DNA of 64,000 nt from a virus (taxonomy: Duplodnaviria; Heunggongvirae; Uroviricota; Caudoviricetes): the IMG/VR virus record IMGVR_UViG_3300049049_000146, positions 131,216 to 195,215 of that record. One strand, written 5' to 3'. Each line of letters opens with the position of its first letter. Position 1 is the first letter of the stretch. Made by a program: the position numbers and the translations under genes. Of the stretch, positions 1 through 9,407 are shown in pieces. The notes beneath the pieces were generated by a model that worked only from the letters and a program-made list of their open reading frames with translations, made no database searches and had not been told where the DNA came from.

Positions 1-298
1 TCGGCTCCTTCAGGAGCACGCGAATCACGATGCAGTTGATGTCTTTGGTCTGAGTGTCTTCCCAGACCTTCGACTTCACTTTACACTTGTACCCAGCAGC
101 GAGAATTTCCTTCTTGATGCGGGCACGAAGCGCAGTGTTCTCCTCGGGAGTCAGAGGCTTCTTTCCGAGCTTCTGGTAGGGCCACATCGTCCCGATGACG
201 CAGACCCTACCCTCCTTCGCGTAGCCTCCGCTGTAGATCAGTAGGTCAGCCTCCTCTATGATGTCAACGACATCCGGAGGGATAATCGCTTCGAGCAT
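1..298 (-). CDS. hypothetical protein, partial (runs off window start)
   Basis: Open frame MLEAIIPPDVVDII...; ATG overlaps the TGA of the upstream gene (ATGA). Confidence 0.6.
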   Translation of the reverse strand, partial: MLEAIIPPDVVDIIEEADLLIYSGGYAKEGRVCVIGTMWPYQKLGKKPLTPEENTALRARIKKEILAAGYKCKVKSKVWEDTQTKDINCIVIRVLLKEP

Positions 299-570
299 CA
301 GTCGGCCAGCTGTTCAGTCAGCACAAACCTACGTGAAATCAGGTCTTCCTGCTCGGTCGTGAGTTCGTCACTCATCTGACAGATGCAGCCATACCTATTC
401 ACAAGAACGTACTCGGCACCGAGTGCTTCACACGATTCGCGACATTCCGCTACAGTCCGGTCAGGCTCGTCAGCGTAGTGGTCACCGATGACCACCGCGG
501 CAGCTACTAGCGATGCCAGCCCAACCATAACAGAAATGATCACGAGACGTTCTTTTTCCATCGAGCGCAT
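298..570 (-). CDS. small membrane protein with Cys-rich periplasmic domain
   Basis: Hydrophobic N-terminus LVIISVMVGLASLVAAAVV, then CxxxC...GCIC. Confidence 0.6.
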   Translation of the reverse strand: MRSMEKERLVIISVMVGLASLVAAAVVIGDHYADEPDRTVAECRESCEALGAEYVLVNRYGCICQMSDELTTEQEDLISRRFVLTEQLAD

Positions 571-581
571 TTTACAGTCGC

Positions 582-1370
582 TTACTCGTCCTCGTATCGA
601 CGCCGCGTGGCGTACGCACAATACGAGATGATTTCCTCGTCGGAAAGCAAATCACCGTAGAACGTCTTCAGGAATTTCGAGGCACGCTCGAAGCTGACCT
701 TCTGATAGATCTGGTGACCGAAGCGAGCGTCGAGCGCAGCTTCGACGATGTAACGTCGATCGTGCTTGACCGGGGGAACCGGGGTGCCCGTGCAGGGCTT
801 CGGGTTGTTGTACCGGCCGTACCCGTATTCCTTCTCCGGAACAAGCTCACCGCGCAGGAGCTTTTTGTGCTTCTCGACCTGCTCCTCGATGTACTCGGCG
901 GTCTTCTCGCTGTACTCGTCGGTGTCGCGCCACTCGTGGTGGCGGTCGTTCTCGAACGAATCAGGGTTCATTCCGATGGCCTTCAGCAGGCCATGGAAGT
1001 ACGCGAAGAAGGTGCGGGCATCCTCCTTACCCAGAAGCGGGTAAATCCAGGACTGGCTGCCGAAGAACGGATTTTTCTCGTTGCCGGGCTCGTACCAATG
1101 CTCGTTCGCCTTCATCGCTTCGATGGTCTCTTCGGGAACCATCTCAGGAACCCAGCGCATCATCTTGCGAACGATCTTCTTCGCCTCCTCGGATCCGTGA
1201 TCGGCCGAGTGATACGAGAGACTACGCACCGCTTCCGTGACTGCTCGAACCAGCTGCTCGTTGCGCTGCTCAGCGCCGGCCAGGCGCCCCTCAAGTTCCG
1301 CCAGCGTTGCCGGCTTCACTTCCTTCGGAAGCTTCGGCTGCGGCTTCGTCTTTCGTTCCTTCATCGCCAT
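582..1370 (-). CDS. hypothetical protein
   Basis: Long ORF with phage-like codon use; GAGG RBS before MAMKERK. Confidence 0.7.
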   Translation of the reverse strand: MAMKERKTKPQPKLPKEVKPATLAELEGRLAGAEQRNEQLVRAVTEAVRSLSYHSADHGSEEAKKIVRKMMRWVPEMVPEETIEAMKANEHWYEPGNEKNPFFGSQSWIYPLLGKEDARTFFAYFHGLLKAIGMNPDSFENDRHHEWRDTDEYSEKTAEYIEEQVEKHKKLLRGELVPEKEYGYGRYNNPKPCTGTPVPPVKHDRRYIVEAALDARFGHQIYQKVSFERASKFLKTFYGDLLSDEEIISYCAYATRRRYEDE

Positions 1371-1542
1371 GTGCCCACCTCTCATCGAATTCCGGCTGCT
1401 TCCAGTATTTGCAGTACATTATCGCCTTACCGAGCAGCCGAGCATCCTCGACGGTCAGGCGTTCTCCCAGCTGTCTTTCAAGCTCACACAGCACATCGTA
1501 GGTGGCGCCAAGAGCACGCTCCCACTTGTTCTCAGCACTCAC
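1291..1542 (-). CDS. hypothetical protein
   Basis: ATGA-coupled to the Nudix gene; overlaps the next gene by about 80 nt. Confidence 0.5.
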   Translation of the reverse strand: MSAENKWERALGATYDVLCELERQLGERLTVEDARLLGKAIMYCKYWKQPEFDERWAHGDEGTKDEAAAEASEGSEAGNAGGT

Positions 1543-1952
1543 GGAATCATGCCCCGGTCACGAGCATCCTTGATGATTCGAGCATGGTCGAAGCAAAGTA
1601 CGTGGGTCGCAAGCACGACGTCAGGATAGACGAGGGTCACGGTCTTCGCGTCATCTCCCGCCCGGGGAATCTCACGGCAGATTCCAACGAAGGCAAACGA
1701 GATTACGTGCTTACGGGGATCGCGTGCCGGGTCGTCGTAATACCCGAGGAACTGAAGCGTATCGAGCTTCACGTTCAATTCCTCACGAATCTCGCGGTGA
1801 GCGGCGTGCTCAACCTGCTCACCCACATCGATGAATCCACCAGGGAGCGCGTAACCCAAGGGAGGATACTTTCGCTCGATGACTGCAATTCGTGAAGTCG
1901 GTGCGTGATATACGACGACATCGACTGCGACCTTAGGAGTCTCTGCGTTCAC
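1539..1952 (-). CDS. Nudix hydrolase (ADP-ribose pyrophosphatase-like)
   Basis: Nudix box ALPGGFIDVGEQVEHAAHREIREE; P.RDPR.H motif and AGDDA typical of ADPRase/NrtR-type Nudix. Confidence 0.9.
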   Translation of the reverse strand: MNAETPKVAVDVVVYHAPTSRIAVIERKYPPLGYALPGGFIDVGEQVEHAAHREIREELNVKLDTLQFLGYYDDPARDPRKHVISFAFVGICREIPRAGDDAKTVTLVYPDVVLATHVLCFDHARIIKDARDRGMIP

Positions 1953-2161
1953 GACGTCTCTCCAGAATTCTCAGGGGTCTCCGACTCGACACCAGAAACC
2001 CACGCTTCGGTGTTGTCGTCGAATAGCACTCGGTATCTCATCCCGAGCGACATTCTGAGCGCGGTGTCTCGAAGCACTCCGACCTTACCGACCAGGTTAG
2101 CGGCCCGCGGAGACCCGGCATTCGTAACCCGAACGCGGGAACCTACTGCGTAGGTCTTCAC
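1949..2161 (-). CDS. small hypothetical protein (SH3/KOW-like beta barrel)
   Basis: VGSRVRV...VGKVGV...YRVLFDD pattern; tiling. Confidence 0.55.
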   Translation of the reverse strand: MKTYAVGSRVRVTNAGSPRAANLVGKVGVLRDTALRMSLGMRYRVLFDDNTEAWVSGVESETPENSGETS

Positions 2162-2343
2162 GACAATCTCCAGAACTGGAATGCGCGACCGAACAGGTGA
2201 AGGGTGATCGTGAGGAGCTTGTCACCCTGCGGGTCGTCGTGGTCGATCCGAAACAGGAACATCCTAGCAGGCGTCCACGTCTTGATCTGATATCCGGTCT
2301 TGCGCCAAATCCAGTGCTTGTACCAGAGAGTCTCTTTCGCCAT
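2158..2343 (-). CDS. hypothetical protein
   Basis: GTGA-coupled to the next ORF. Confidence 0.55.
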   Translation of the reverse strand: MAKETLWYKHWIWRKTGYQIKTWTPARMFLFRIDHDDPQGDKLLTITLHLFGRAFQFWRLS

Positions 2344-2354
2344 TCGCCCCTCTT

Positions 2355-2390
2355 AAAACGAGAAAGGGCGACGAGTTTCCCCGCCGCCCT
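2355..2390 (-). terminator. intrinsic terminator after rIIB
   Basis: Minus strand AGGGCGGCG-GGGAAAC-TCGTCGCCCT followed by TTCTCGTTTT. Confidence 0.7.
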
Positions 2391-2395
2391 CTCAA

Positions 2396-3586
2396 TCAGT
2401 CGTCCGACGCTTCGTTGCCGATCAGCTTGCGATTCTCGGCGTCCTCCTGGATAAGCTCGTGAAGCTCATCCTTGGTCATCCGAGAGCCGCGCTTCTCGTT
2501 CTCCAGGATGCCGCGACGCACGGCCAGGCCGATGAGCGTCTCCTTGCTCATCTCATCGAAGGGCACACGCTGGAGAGCCATCGTGCGCACCACGATATCC
2601 TTGCCGAGGAATCGCGCCTCGTTCGTCGAGAGGAAGAATCCGGCGTACGTCGCCTCGCGGCAGATATCGTCACGATTCATCGCAGCGAACTTCTCCATTC
2701 GCGCTTCGAGCGTGCCGTGCTCCTGCCGGATGATGTACTCCTTCTCCTCCTCGCGATAATCGCTCTCGACCTCCTCGAAATCGTCCTCGCCGGTCATCTC
2801 CGAATCGTCGTAGACCGGACGTGACAGATCCTCGGTGCCGCTGTAGACCGAGACGACCTCGTACTGGCAGGTACGAAGCTTCTGCGCGTCGTGATTCGGG
2901 ACCGAGACGGCGTCTCGCGGATTCACCTTGAGCAGCACGACGACGCCGTCCGAGCCAGCCCAGTTACGGGCGTAGCTCAGCGTGCCGACGTGGAGACCAG
3001 CACCGCAGCTGTTGCTGCGATTGTCGTCCACCTGCTCACGCGGCATCGAGACGGTCGTACCGACCTTCTGAAGCACGGTGCCGGTGTGCTTGTCGTAGAA
3101 ATCCCTGCGGAGACCCTTGTACCCGAGGAAGCACCCGTCGTTGGTCAGCGGGAACTTACCCTTGTCAAGGAAATCGAAAAGCGCCTTCGCGCTCTCGATG
3201 CTCGGATTCTCCGACAGGTTCACCGCAAATCGAACGAAGCCCTCGTACGGAAGGTTTCGCTCGTACAGCTGAACGATGCGGTCGGTCAACGAGTTGTGCA
3301 TCGGACGGCCCTTCACGAGCACCTGGCCGTCCTTCACCTCGATATCGCGGATGCCGAACTTGTCCAGCGTCTTGTTGAGCACATTGACACGTGTCTCGCT
3401 GACGAGGCGCTCAAGCTCGGCGCAGCGCGCCTCTTCCTGTTCGTCGGTCTCGTTCTCCGGCGAACGCATCAGCTTGCTGATCTGTGCGTAATTCCGGTGG
3501 TCATCAGTGACCGCGTGGTGCTTACCGCGAAGGACGAGAGAAATCATCCCTCCGGCGAAATGGAAACCTACCAAGCCCTTAGCCAT
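2396..3586 (-). CDS. rIIB: rIIB-like protector from prophage-induced early lysis
   Basis: FLGYKG...VSMPREQVDDNRSNSCGAGLHVG...VNPRDAVSVP..QKLRTCQYEV core; directly downstream of rIIA. Confidence 0.9.
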   Translation of the reverse strand: MAKGLVGFHFAGGMISLVLRGKHHAVTDDHRNYAQISKLMRSPENETDEQEEARCAELERLVSETRVNVLNKTLDKFGIRDIEVKDGQVLVKGRPMHNSLTDRIVQLYERNLPYEGFVRFAVNLSENPSIESAKALFDFLDKGKFPLTNDGCFLGYKGLRRDFYDKHTGTVLQKVGTTVSMPREQVDDNRSNSCGAGLHVGTLSYARNWAGSDGVVVLLKVNPRDAVSVPNHDAQKLRTCQYEVVSVYSGTEDLSRPVYDDSEMTGEDDFEEVESDYREEEKEYIIRQEHGTLEARMEKFAAMNRDDICREATYAGFFLSTNEARFLGKDIVVRTMALQRVPFDEMSKETLIGLAVRRGILENEKRGSRMTKDELHELIQEDAENRKLIGNEASDD

Positions 3587-3596
3587 TCGATCCTCC

Positions 3597-5837
3597 TCAC
3601 ACGGCCTTCTTCTTGACGATTGCGTAGCCTTCGGCCTTCAGCATGTGCATCTTGTCCATGAACGTGACGTACTTGATGATCTTTTCCTGAGCGTGCTTCT
3701 TCTCGACGTGCTCAAGCGAGAACACGAGCATCGGATAACGCTCGATGATCGGCAGGAAGATATCGTGCTTCAGATCGACCGGTCGATCCCACGTGAGAGT
3801 GAAGTGATTGACGTGCCACTGCTTCAGCGCTGCGAGGTAACCAAGCTTCGCCTTCTTCAGCGCCAGGCGATTCAGCTGGTCCATGTACTTCGTGATGAAC
3901 GAATCCTTCGGCAGCTTCTTCGCCAACGACACGAGAGCGTCGAAGGCACGCGTCGGGAAATTGTACATCACGTCGCTGTACGGACGAACAATCGCGTCGG
4001 TGTCGTAACGATCCAGGTCGTGCTTATAGAAGCGGTGCGCCCGGCGCAGGTCAGCGTCCTCTTCCCACGTCTCCCAGATCTGCTCGCGAATCCACTCGCC
4101 AAGCTCGTACCATTCACCGTGCTCACGGAACTTCTTCAGGTCGGCGGTCCTGATTCCGTAGACCGGCGTCGGGTCGTCGTCATCCATTTCACGAAGCTTA
4201 CGAAGCGCTTCGATATCGTGGCCGAGGGCATTCGCCTTGAGTTCGCCGACATGTCCGGTATTCACCGGATTCCAGTGGCGAAGCTCGACGTAGATACCAC
4301 CACCGTCGAGATCGATATCCACGGGCACCCAGGACTGATCGGACGAACCACCGCCACGCTTGTACTGGAAGCACTTCGCACGCACACCGGAGAGAGCGCT
4401 GCGGCGGCCACCGGGACCACCACCGCCACCGATGCGCTTGTAGACGAGCTTCGGAATCTGCGACGCCGGCTTGAGGTAGGTCTCATCGAAGCCCATCGCC
4501 TCGATGAAATCCTTCTTCAATTCGTCACTCTGGCACGAGACCAGGTAAACGTAATCGTCGTCCTGGTAGACGAGCGACGAAGCGTCGTCGTCAACACTGC
4601 GCAGATTCTTGATGTACGTGGAAATCCGCTGCTCAGCGCCAGGGAAATCCGCGTAGTAGAGAGCGACGCCGTCCTCGGGGACGATCTTATCGACCTGCTG
4701 GTACGAAACCTTGCGCTTCGTCGAGGAGCTACGACGACGGCCCGCCTTTTCGGTGACCGTCATCTTCTTGATCACGGTACCCTTCGGCACCGAAATCTGC
4801 GGCGTGACCTTCTGCCCGTTCCACTCGGGAACGATCTTCAGGTCCTTCAGCGACGTGGTCGAAATGAGCGACCACATCTTCATGCGAGCGTCCCAGAGAT
4901 TCTTCGCTCCGGTGATCTGCGACGTAACGTGATCCACGATTTCGTCGTAGATCTGGTCGAGGCGCTCGGAGATCGACTGAATCGAATACTTCGTCCAGCT
5001 GATCGACTCACGAGACGGCGTCATCTGGAATGCCCCGAGCGGGAATTCCACGTGGACGCACAGCTTCATCACCTGACGAGCGTTCTCCGAGAACTGCTCC
5101 TGGTCGACCAGGGGATACTCGACGTTCCCCATGATCGCGAGCGACTCGTGAGAGCCGCGGTCTCGGATGATTCGCCAGCCCTTACCTTCCAGGTAAGCCT
5201 CGGGAGGCTCACGCCAGGTGAAGTCCCCGATACCGCCCTTGACGATCGGGCGAACAGCGAAGGGGGCGAGCGCCGCCTCAGCCGCATTCTGGAACTTCCG
5301 GAAATCGGCCGGCTTGACCGCGAAGAAAACTTCGAGGCCATTCGCCTCGTCCGTCTCCTCCTGGGCCACACGAACGAAGTCGGGTGTGCCGTCCTCGTCG
5401 ACGACGTTTGCGTACGTCGTCTTCATCCCGTCGAAATACGAGATGACCGTCCAGCTTTGCGTGTAAGCGAACGGCGTCTTCGAGCCGAGACCGAAACAAC
5501 CGGTCTGCGTATTCGTGTTACGCTTGGTCGACTTGAAGTACGACTTGTAGATCCCGAACATGTCCTCGTCCGACAGTCCGGTTCCGAAATCGCGAATCCG
5601 GAAAGTCGGGTCGAGATGATTCGGTAGCTGCACGATGAACTGCGTTTCGGGATTTCCTGCAGCAACGTGCGAGTCAGCAGCGTTACACGCTAGCTCACGG
5701 ACAATGGCCTTTTCCTTGTCCGAGTACATTCCGGAGGACAGCGTGTCGAACGCGAACGCGTTCATCTCAGCGCTGTACGCTTCCTTCTTGAATCCACCGC
5801 TGGATTCGACCTTCGAACTATTGACCTTTACCTGCAT
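3597..5837 (-). CDS. rIIA: rIIA-like protein (GHKL/HATPase N-terminus)
   Basis: LSSGMYSDK..AIVRELACNAADSH, IRDFGTGL, STK, GCFGLGSKTPFAYT, NGLEV. Confidence 0.92.
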   Translation of the reverse strand: MQVKVNSSKVESSGGFKKEAYSAEMNAFAFDTLSSGMYSDKEKAIVRELACNAADSHVAAGNPETQFIVQLPNHLDPTFRIRDFGTGLSDEDMFGIYKSYFKSTKRNTNTQTGCFGLGSKTPFAYTQSWTVISYFDGMKTTYANVVDEDGTPDFVRVAQEETDEANGLEVFFAVKPADFRKFQNAAEAALAPFAVRPIVKGGIGDFTWREPPEAYLEGKGWRIIRDRGSHESLAIMGNVEYPLVDQEQFSENARQVMKLCVHVEFPLGAFQMTPSRESISWTKYSIQSISERLDQIYDEIVDHVTSQITGAKNLWDARMKMWSLISTTSLKDLKIVPEWNGQKVTPQISVPKGTVIKKMTVTEKAGRRRSSSTKRKVSYQQVDKIVPEDGVALYYADFPGAEQRISTYIKNLRSVDDDASSLVYQDDDYVYLVSCQSDELKKDFIEAMGFDETYLKPASQIPKLVYKRIGGGGGPGGRRSALSGVRAKCFQYKRGGGSSDQSWVPVDIDLDGGGIYVELRHWNPVNTGHVGELKANALGHDIEALRKLREMDDDDPTPVYGIRTADLKKFREHGEWYELGEWIREQIWETWEEDADLRRAHRFYKHDLDRYDTDAIVRPYSDVMYNFPTRAFDALVSLAKKLPKDSFITKYMDQLNRLALKKAKLGYLAALKQWHVNHFTLTWDRPVDLKHDIFLPIIERYPMLVFSLEHVEKKHAQEKIIKYVTFMDKMHMLKAEGYAIVKKKAV

Positions 5838-5881
5838 CGTAGCCTGTCCCTACCCGGCGAAGCTGCCGGAAGCTCCCTAAC

Positions 5882-5898
5882 TAGTATCGTTGGACTTT
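5882..5898 (-). promoter_or_regulatory. class A promoter-like motif (AAAGTCYRHCGATRVTA), copy 1
   Basis: Minus strand AAAGTCCAACGATACTA, intergenic, upstream of rIIA. Confidence 0.75.
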
Positions 5899-5921
5899 GG
5901 CCTATGTATCGAGCACGCAGG

Positions 5922-6161
5922 TCACGTCACCTCGATAACAGTTACACGCGTACCTCTGCGCTTCGGGCGCATCTCCCGAACACGCTTGGCGGCGTTCTTC
6001 GCGCCTTCCTTGGTCTGGAACCAGAAGGTTACGTCGCGGGTGCCATCGAAGCAGTAGCCGTGGCCGTCAGCGCTACGACGAACGACCTTGGCAATTCGGT
6101 CGTCATAGCTGTGATCGTAACCTGGGTACGTGACTGAGACGGTGTAGTACGGGTATTTCAC
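5922..6161 (-). CDS. hypothetical protein
   Basis: GTG start overlapping the upstream TGA. Confidence 0.6.
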   Translation of the reverse strand: MKYPYYTVSVTYPGYDHSYDDRIAKVVRRSADGHGYCFDGTRDVTFWFQTKEGAKNAAKRVREMRPKRRGTRVTVIEVT

Positions 6162-6406
6162 TTGACTTCCTCCACTGCAACGGCCTCCCACACGTGGGTG
6201 CGCAATTCCACACGGTGCTTCTTGCCGTCAGGACCCTTGACAAAAAGAATGAGCGGATCAGGCGTTGCGTCGTCGGCCCATTGCTCCGCAACAGTCGTTA
6301 CGAGACTGAGCAACCACGTCTTCGGCGGCGCGACATTCGGCTTCTCAGGCTCAGCGTCCTTTGCCTGCCAGACCTTCCAGGTCTTCTTGCGCGTGGTCTT
6401 CTTCAT
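6158..6406 (-). CDS. hypothetical protein
   Basis: ATGA tiling. Confidence 0.6.
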   Translation of the reverse strand: MKKTTRKKTWKVWQAKDAEPEKPNVAPPKTWLLSLVTTVAEQWADDATPDPLILFVKGPDGKKHRVELRTHVWEAVAVEEVK

Positions 6407-6678
6407 CGCAGTTCCTTCGTGCTGTCGAAGATCATCACGCCCTCGCCTTCGACCTCAAATCCAATGAGCGTCGAGCAGGGGTCAACCGTCTTCTCCCCGA
6501 TGACAGTATCGTTGAACGTCTCGCAGAAGCGGAACTTGTCGGACATCTTGAACGGTTCATTTCGAACGATTCGGACGTCGCGCCACTCACGCAGCTGTGA
6601 TTCCTCAGGGCAATAGTAAACCTGGTCCTCGTGACGGAACCAGTACCAGCCCTGCTTGAAGTCGATGTCTATGGCCAT
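6403..6678 (-). CDS. hypothetical protein
   Basis: Tiling. Confidence 0.6.
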   Translation of the reverse strand: MAIDIDFKQGWYWFRHEDQVYYCPEESQLREWRDVRIVRNEPFKMSDKFRFCETFNDTVIGEKTVDPCSTLIGFEVEGEGVMIFDSTKELR

Positions 6679-6903
6679 TTAACACCCCAGCGGGACCCAG
6701 CACCAGTCGTCAGCAGCAAGGTCCTCTTCGGTCAGCTGCATTGGGAGGGGAGCCCCGTTATCCTTTGCGGTGAGGTCCCACTTCTGAATGACGTACGAAT
6801 TGTCTGCGCGCAGGTAGACCAATCGCTTGCCCTCCCAGGCCCTGCGCGTCCACATCATGTAGCCGTCCGCAAGGCACTGAGCCCACGTGAGATTGTTCAT
6901 CAC
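6679..6903 (-). CDS. DUF2829 / Tad2-like (Thoeris anti-defence 2-like) protein
   Basis: L.DG....RRAWEGKRLVYL N-terminus and EDLAADDWCWV C-terminus match the recalled family pattern R.GWNGK...YL / D..A.DW. Confidence 0.55.
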   Translation of the reverse strand: MMNNLTWAQCLADGYMMWTRRAWEGKRLVYLRADNSYVIQKWDLTAKDNGAPLPMQLTEEDLAADDWCWVPLGC

Positions 6904-7088
6904 AGGGCCCGTACCTTTCCGATGATTTCAATCTCCACAGGCAGATCGAGAATCTTCGACGGGATTTCTGCCCGCTGGCTCGCGTTTTCGAGACCGATGA
7001 TGACCTTATCATCGAGTCGTTCGACCGATACGATCGTATCCACGCGATCGAACAGCAGACCAAGCTCTACGTCGACTTCGTCACCCAT
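6900..7088 (-). CDS. hypothetical protein
   Basis: Tiling. Confidence 0.55.
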   Translation of the reverse strand: MGDEVDVELGLLFDRVDTIVSVERLDDKVIIGLENASQRAEIPSKILDLPVEIEIIGKVRAL

Positions 7089-7563
7089 TTCGCTTCTCCT
7101 TGAGGAATTCCTTCACAGCAGTCACTGCGGCAGCCAAATCCTGGCCACCCTTGATTCTGCCCTGCAATTCCCTAAGCTCGCCGATCTTGTCTCCGGGAGC
7201 GGTCGTATAGGGCGCTCGGTGGCGATCGTGGGCGTCCACGACCTGGTCGAGTAGCATCTTCATGATGCGATTCTCCCAGGCGAGGGAGCCGTCGAATGCA
7301 TCATCCTTCGCTACATCAAGCTCGGTCGAGAGACCGATGACAGCGTCCACGAGATTCGTAGGCGTGGGAAGCTGACCTCCCGAAATGTCGATCCAGAGAT
7401 CGAGCTTCTCGGGCGAAAGGTTAACAGGCTCCTCGCCGAGCAAGGGCCCCTCGATCACGCAGTTATTGTCGAGGGCAGCGCGAGCCATTGCAGCAAGCGC
7501 CTGCTTACGCGATTCGTGAGCAAAGGCGCGCAGCCTGTACGCACGGTAACTGCTGGGCTTCAT
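7081..7563 (-). CDS. hypothetical protein
   Basis: Tiling. Confidence 0.6.
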   Translation of the reverse strand: MKPSSYRAYRLRAFAHESRKQALAAMARAALDNNCVIEGPLLGEEPVNLSPEKLDLWIDISGGQLPTPTNLVDAVIGLSTELDVAKDDAFDGSLAWENRIMKMLLDQVVDAHDRHRAPYTTAPGDKIGELRELQGRIKGGQDLAAAVTAVKEFLKEKRNG

Positions 7564-7967
7564 CGCATCTGCTCCGGGCCCGACGACCCTTGCCGAACAA
7601 TCAATGCCCAGTAAGCACGGTCGAGCTTTGCGTACTTCTCGACCAGAGCGCGAAGGCCCTCAGGAAGCTGAATCGGGTCGACCTTCACGAGCCAGCGAAA
7701 CATCAGGTGAATCTGGCGGTCGCCATCTTCCATCAGATGCTTCATCCCGTAATGGTCGGAATCCCAGCGCTTCTCGATTTCGTCCTCAGCGCCTTCCGGT
7801 GCTACCTGGCCGAACTCATATCCATGATAGGCAGCGTAGATGCGCTTGTACGCCCGGACATGCGCCAGGACCGAATTCGGAAGCAGTTCCTCATTCATGT
7901 TCAGAATGAGGTCCTTGATGGTAGAGCGCACCTCAGAACGTTCACTGGCGATGTTAGCGTTGGTCAC
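7560..7967 (-). CDS. hypothetical protein
   Basis: GTGA tiling. Confidence 0.6.
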   Translation of the reverse strand: MTNANIASERSEVRSTIKDLILNMNEELLPNSVLAHVRAYKRIYAAYHGYEFGQVAPEGAEDEIEKRWDSDHYGMKHLMEDGDRQIHLMFRWLVKVDPIQLPEGLRALVEKYAKLDRAYWALIVRQGSSGPEQMR

Positions 7968-8716
7968 TGCGCCACCATTTCCCGAAGCTGCTCGACGCCG
8001 ATCTTCGCGGCGTGAGACTTTACAGAAATGACACCGAGCCGAACCGCAAGCTCCGCGAGTTCCTTCTTCTTGAGCTTCTTCACGTCGATCTGCTCGATGC
8101 GCGGCGTCTCCACCGGGGGCAAGTCAAACAGCTGACACGCACGCTTGTACATTTCCTCATCAGCGAAGAAGAGGAAATCGTGCTGGACGTCAAGCCAGCC
8201 ACAGTAGCGTGCGTCGATGTCGTCACCGAGCTTGTCGAATCCCTCGACGACGTGAGGGTCACGCTTGCAGTTCCCGCCGAACTGGTGGGACATGAGCGAG
8301 CGAATCATTTCCTCGACCTTCGCCTCGGCACCAGTCGGCGCGATGACGAAGACAGGAACCGTCTTCGCCGGAGGAAGCATCTTGCGCTCTGCACCGCGGC
8401 GCATGTGCGACTGACGCAGGTAGTGGAGTTTGCGCTCCATCGGCGAAAGCGTGAACACGAACGTGCTCAGCTGACCGTCCTGACGCATCAGCGCCATATT
8501 GTGGAATGCGATATTGAGGGCGCCGCCCTCGTATTCGGCAGCCCCCATGTAGACAGGCACTCCGAGGAATTCGATGATCTCCCACTGCTTGGAGTTCAAC
8601 CCCAGCTGCCCTCCGCCGAACACGCGGTGCGCAGGAATAGCTCCGACGTTGACCTTCTCACTCGGGGGCTGGAACGTCTGAAGGAGATAGCACTTCGATT
8701 CCGGAAAGATGCGCAT
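7964..8716 (-). CDS. hypothetical protein with C-terminal Rho_N/HeH-like module
   Basis: C-terminus VKKLKKKELAELAVRLGV...KIGVEQLREMV. Confidence 0.65.
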   Translation of the reverse strand: MRIFPESKCYLLQTFQPPSEKVNVGAIPAHRVFGGGQLGLNSKQWEIIEFLGVPVYMGAAEYEGGALNIAFHNMALMRQDGQLSTFVFTLSPMERKLHYLRQSHMRRGAERKMLPPAKTVPVFVIAPTGAEAKVEEMIRSLMSHQFGGNCKRDPHVVEGFDKLGDDIDARYCGWLDVQHDFLFFADEEMYKRACQLFDLPPVETPRIEQIDVKKLKKKELAELAVRLGVISVKSHAAKIGVEQLREMVAQ

Positions 8717-8758
8717 TGTAAACACCTGCGTATGAGACTTGGGAAGTACGGGAAATTG

Positions 8759-9145
8759 ATGCACCTAGACCGAGTCGCGCTCGGCAAGGGCTACGTCGAC
8801 CGATTCACTTTCTTCGAGTTCAAGCCAATCGGCGGCGTGATCTTGAACATCTTCAACACCGTCGAACAGGACCGTTTCCACACGCATGCATTCGATGCGA
8901 TTTCGGTCATGCTGCGCGGCGAATACTTGGAAGAAATACAGGACGAGGCAGGAACGCGTACCCGATTGAGGAAATCAGATATCACATTCCTGCCTCGCGA
9001 GTTGAATCACCGTTTGATGAGGTCCACCCCGAACGCAGTGTCCATCACGTTCATGGGTCCGTGGAAATCCACGTGGACTGAATGGTTCCCTGGAGGGAAG
9101 AGGCGAACACTCAGCTGGGGACGCCAGGCTTCCCGCGCCGCTTGA
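8759..9145 (+). CDS. cupin-fold protein
   Basis: DRFHTHAFDAISVMLRGEYLEE ... FLPRELNHRL (H-x-H, E, H metal ligands); fills the gap between minus-strand genes. Confidence 0.75.
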   Translation: MHLDRVALGKGYVDRFTFFEFKPIGGVILNIFNTVEQDRFHTHAFDAISVMLRGEYLEEIQDEAGTRTRLRKSDITFLPRELNHRLMRSTPNAVSITFMGPWKSTWTEWFPGGKRRTLSWGRQASRAA

Positions 9146-9407
9146 GTCGCTTCTGCTCCTCCGTCGTCGGCGGTCTCGGTCCTGCCTGTTCGGTGGGATC
9201 GATGACGGCGACGCTGTCGCCTACCATCGCCATCTGCTTATCGAACTGCTTTTCGATTTGACTGAGCAGTTCCTTGTTCGGCTTCTTACCATTCTCGCCG
9301 AACACGCAGCCCGCACAGAGATCGGCACCGTTCGGCCCGTAAGGGCGCAGTTCACGGCTACCCTTCCCTCCGGGCTGCTTGCACTTACAGCAGTGCCTCT
9401 CAGACAT
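9111..9407 (-). CDS. small Zn-finger-like protein
   Basis: HCCKCK...LRPYGPNGADLCAGC. Confidence 0.6.
   Translation of the reverse strand: MSERHCCKCKQPGGKGSRELRPYGPNGADLCAGCVFGENGKKPNKELLSQIEKQFDKQMAMVGDSVAVIDPTEQAGPRPPTTEEQKRLKRRGKPGVPS

Noticed and set aside
3507-5627. 706-aa plus-strand ORF, and similar long plus-strand ORFs at 24067, 50004 and 55397
   Set aside because: Antisense shadows of rIIA, kinase, TROVE and M16, with the His/Arg/Val/Leu-rich composition typical of non-coding antisense frames.
8716-8764. Overlapping divergent starts of the 7964 ORF and the cupin gene
   Set aside because: The overlap disappears if the minus-strand gene starts at the ATG at 8716.
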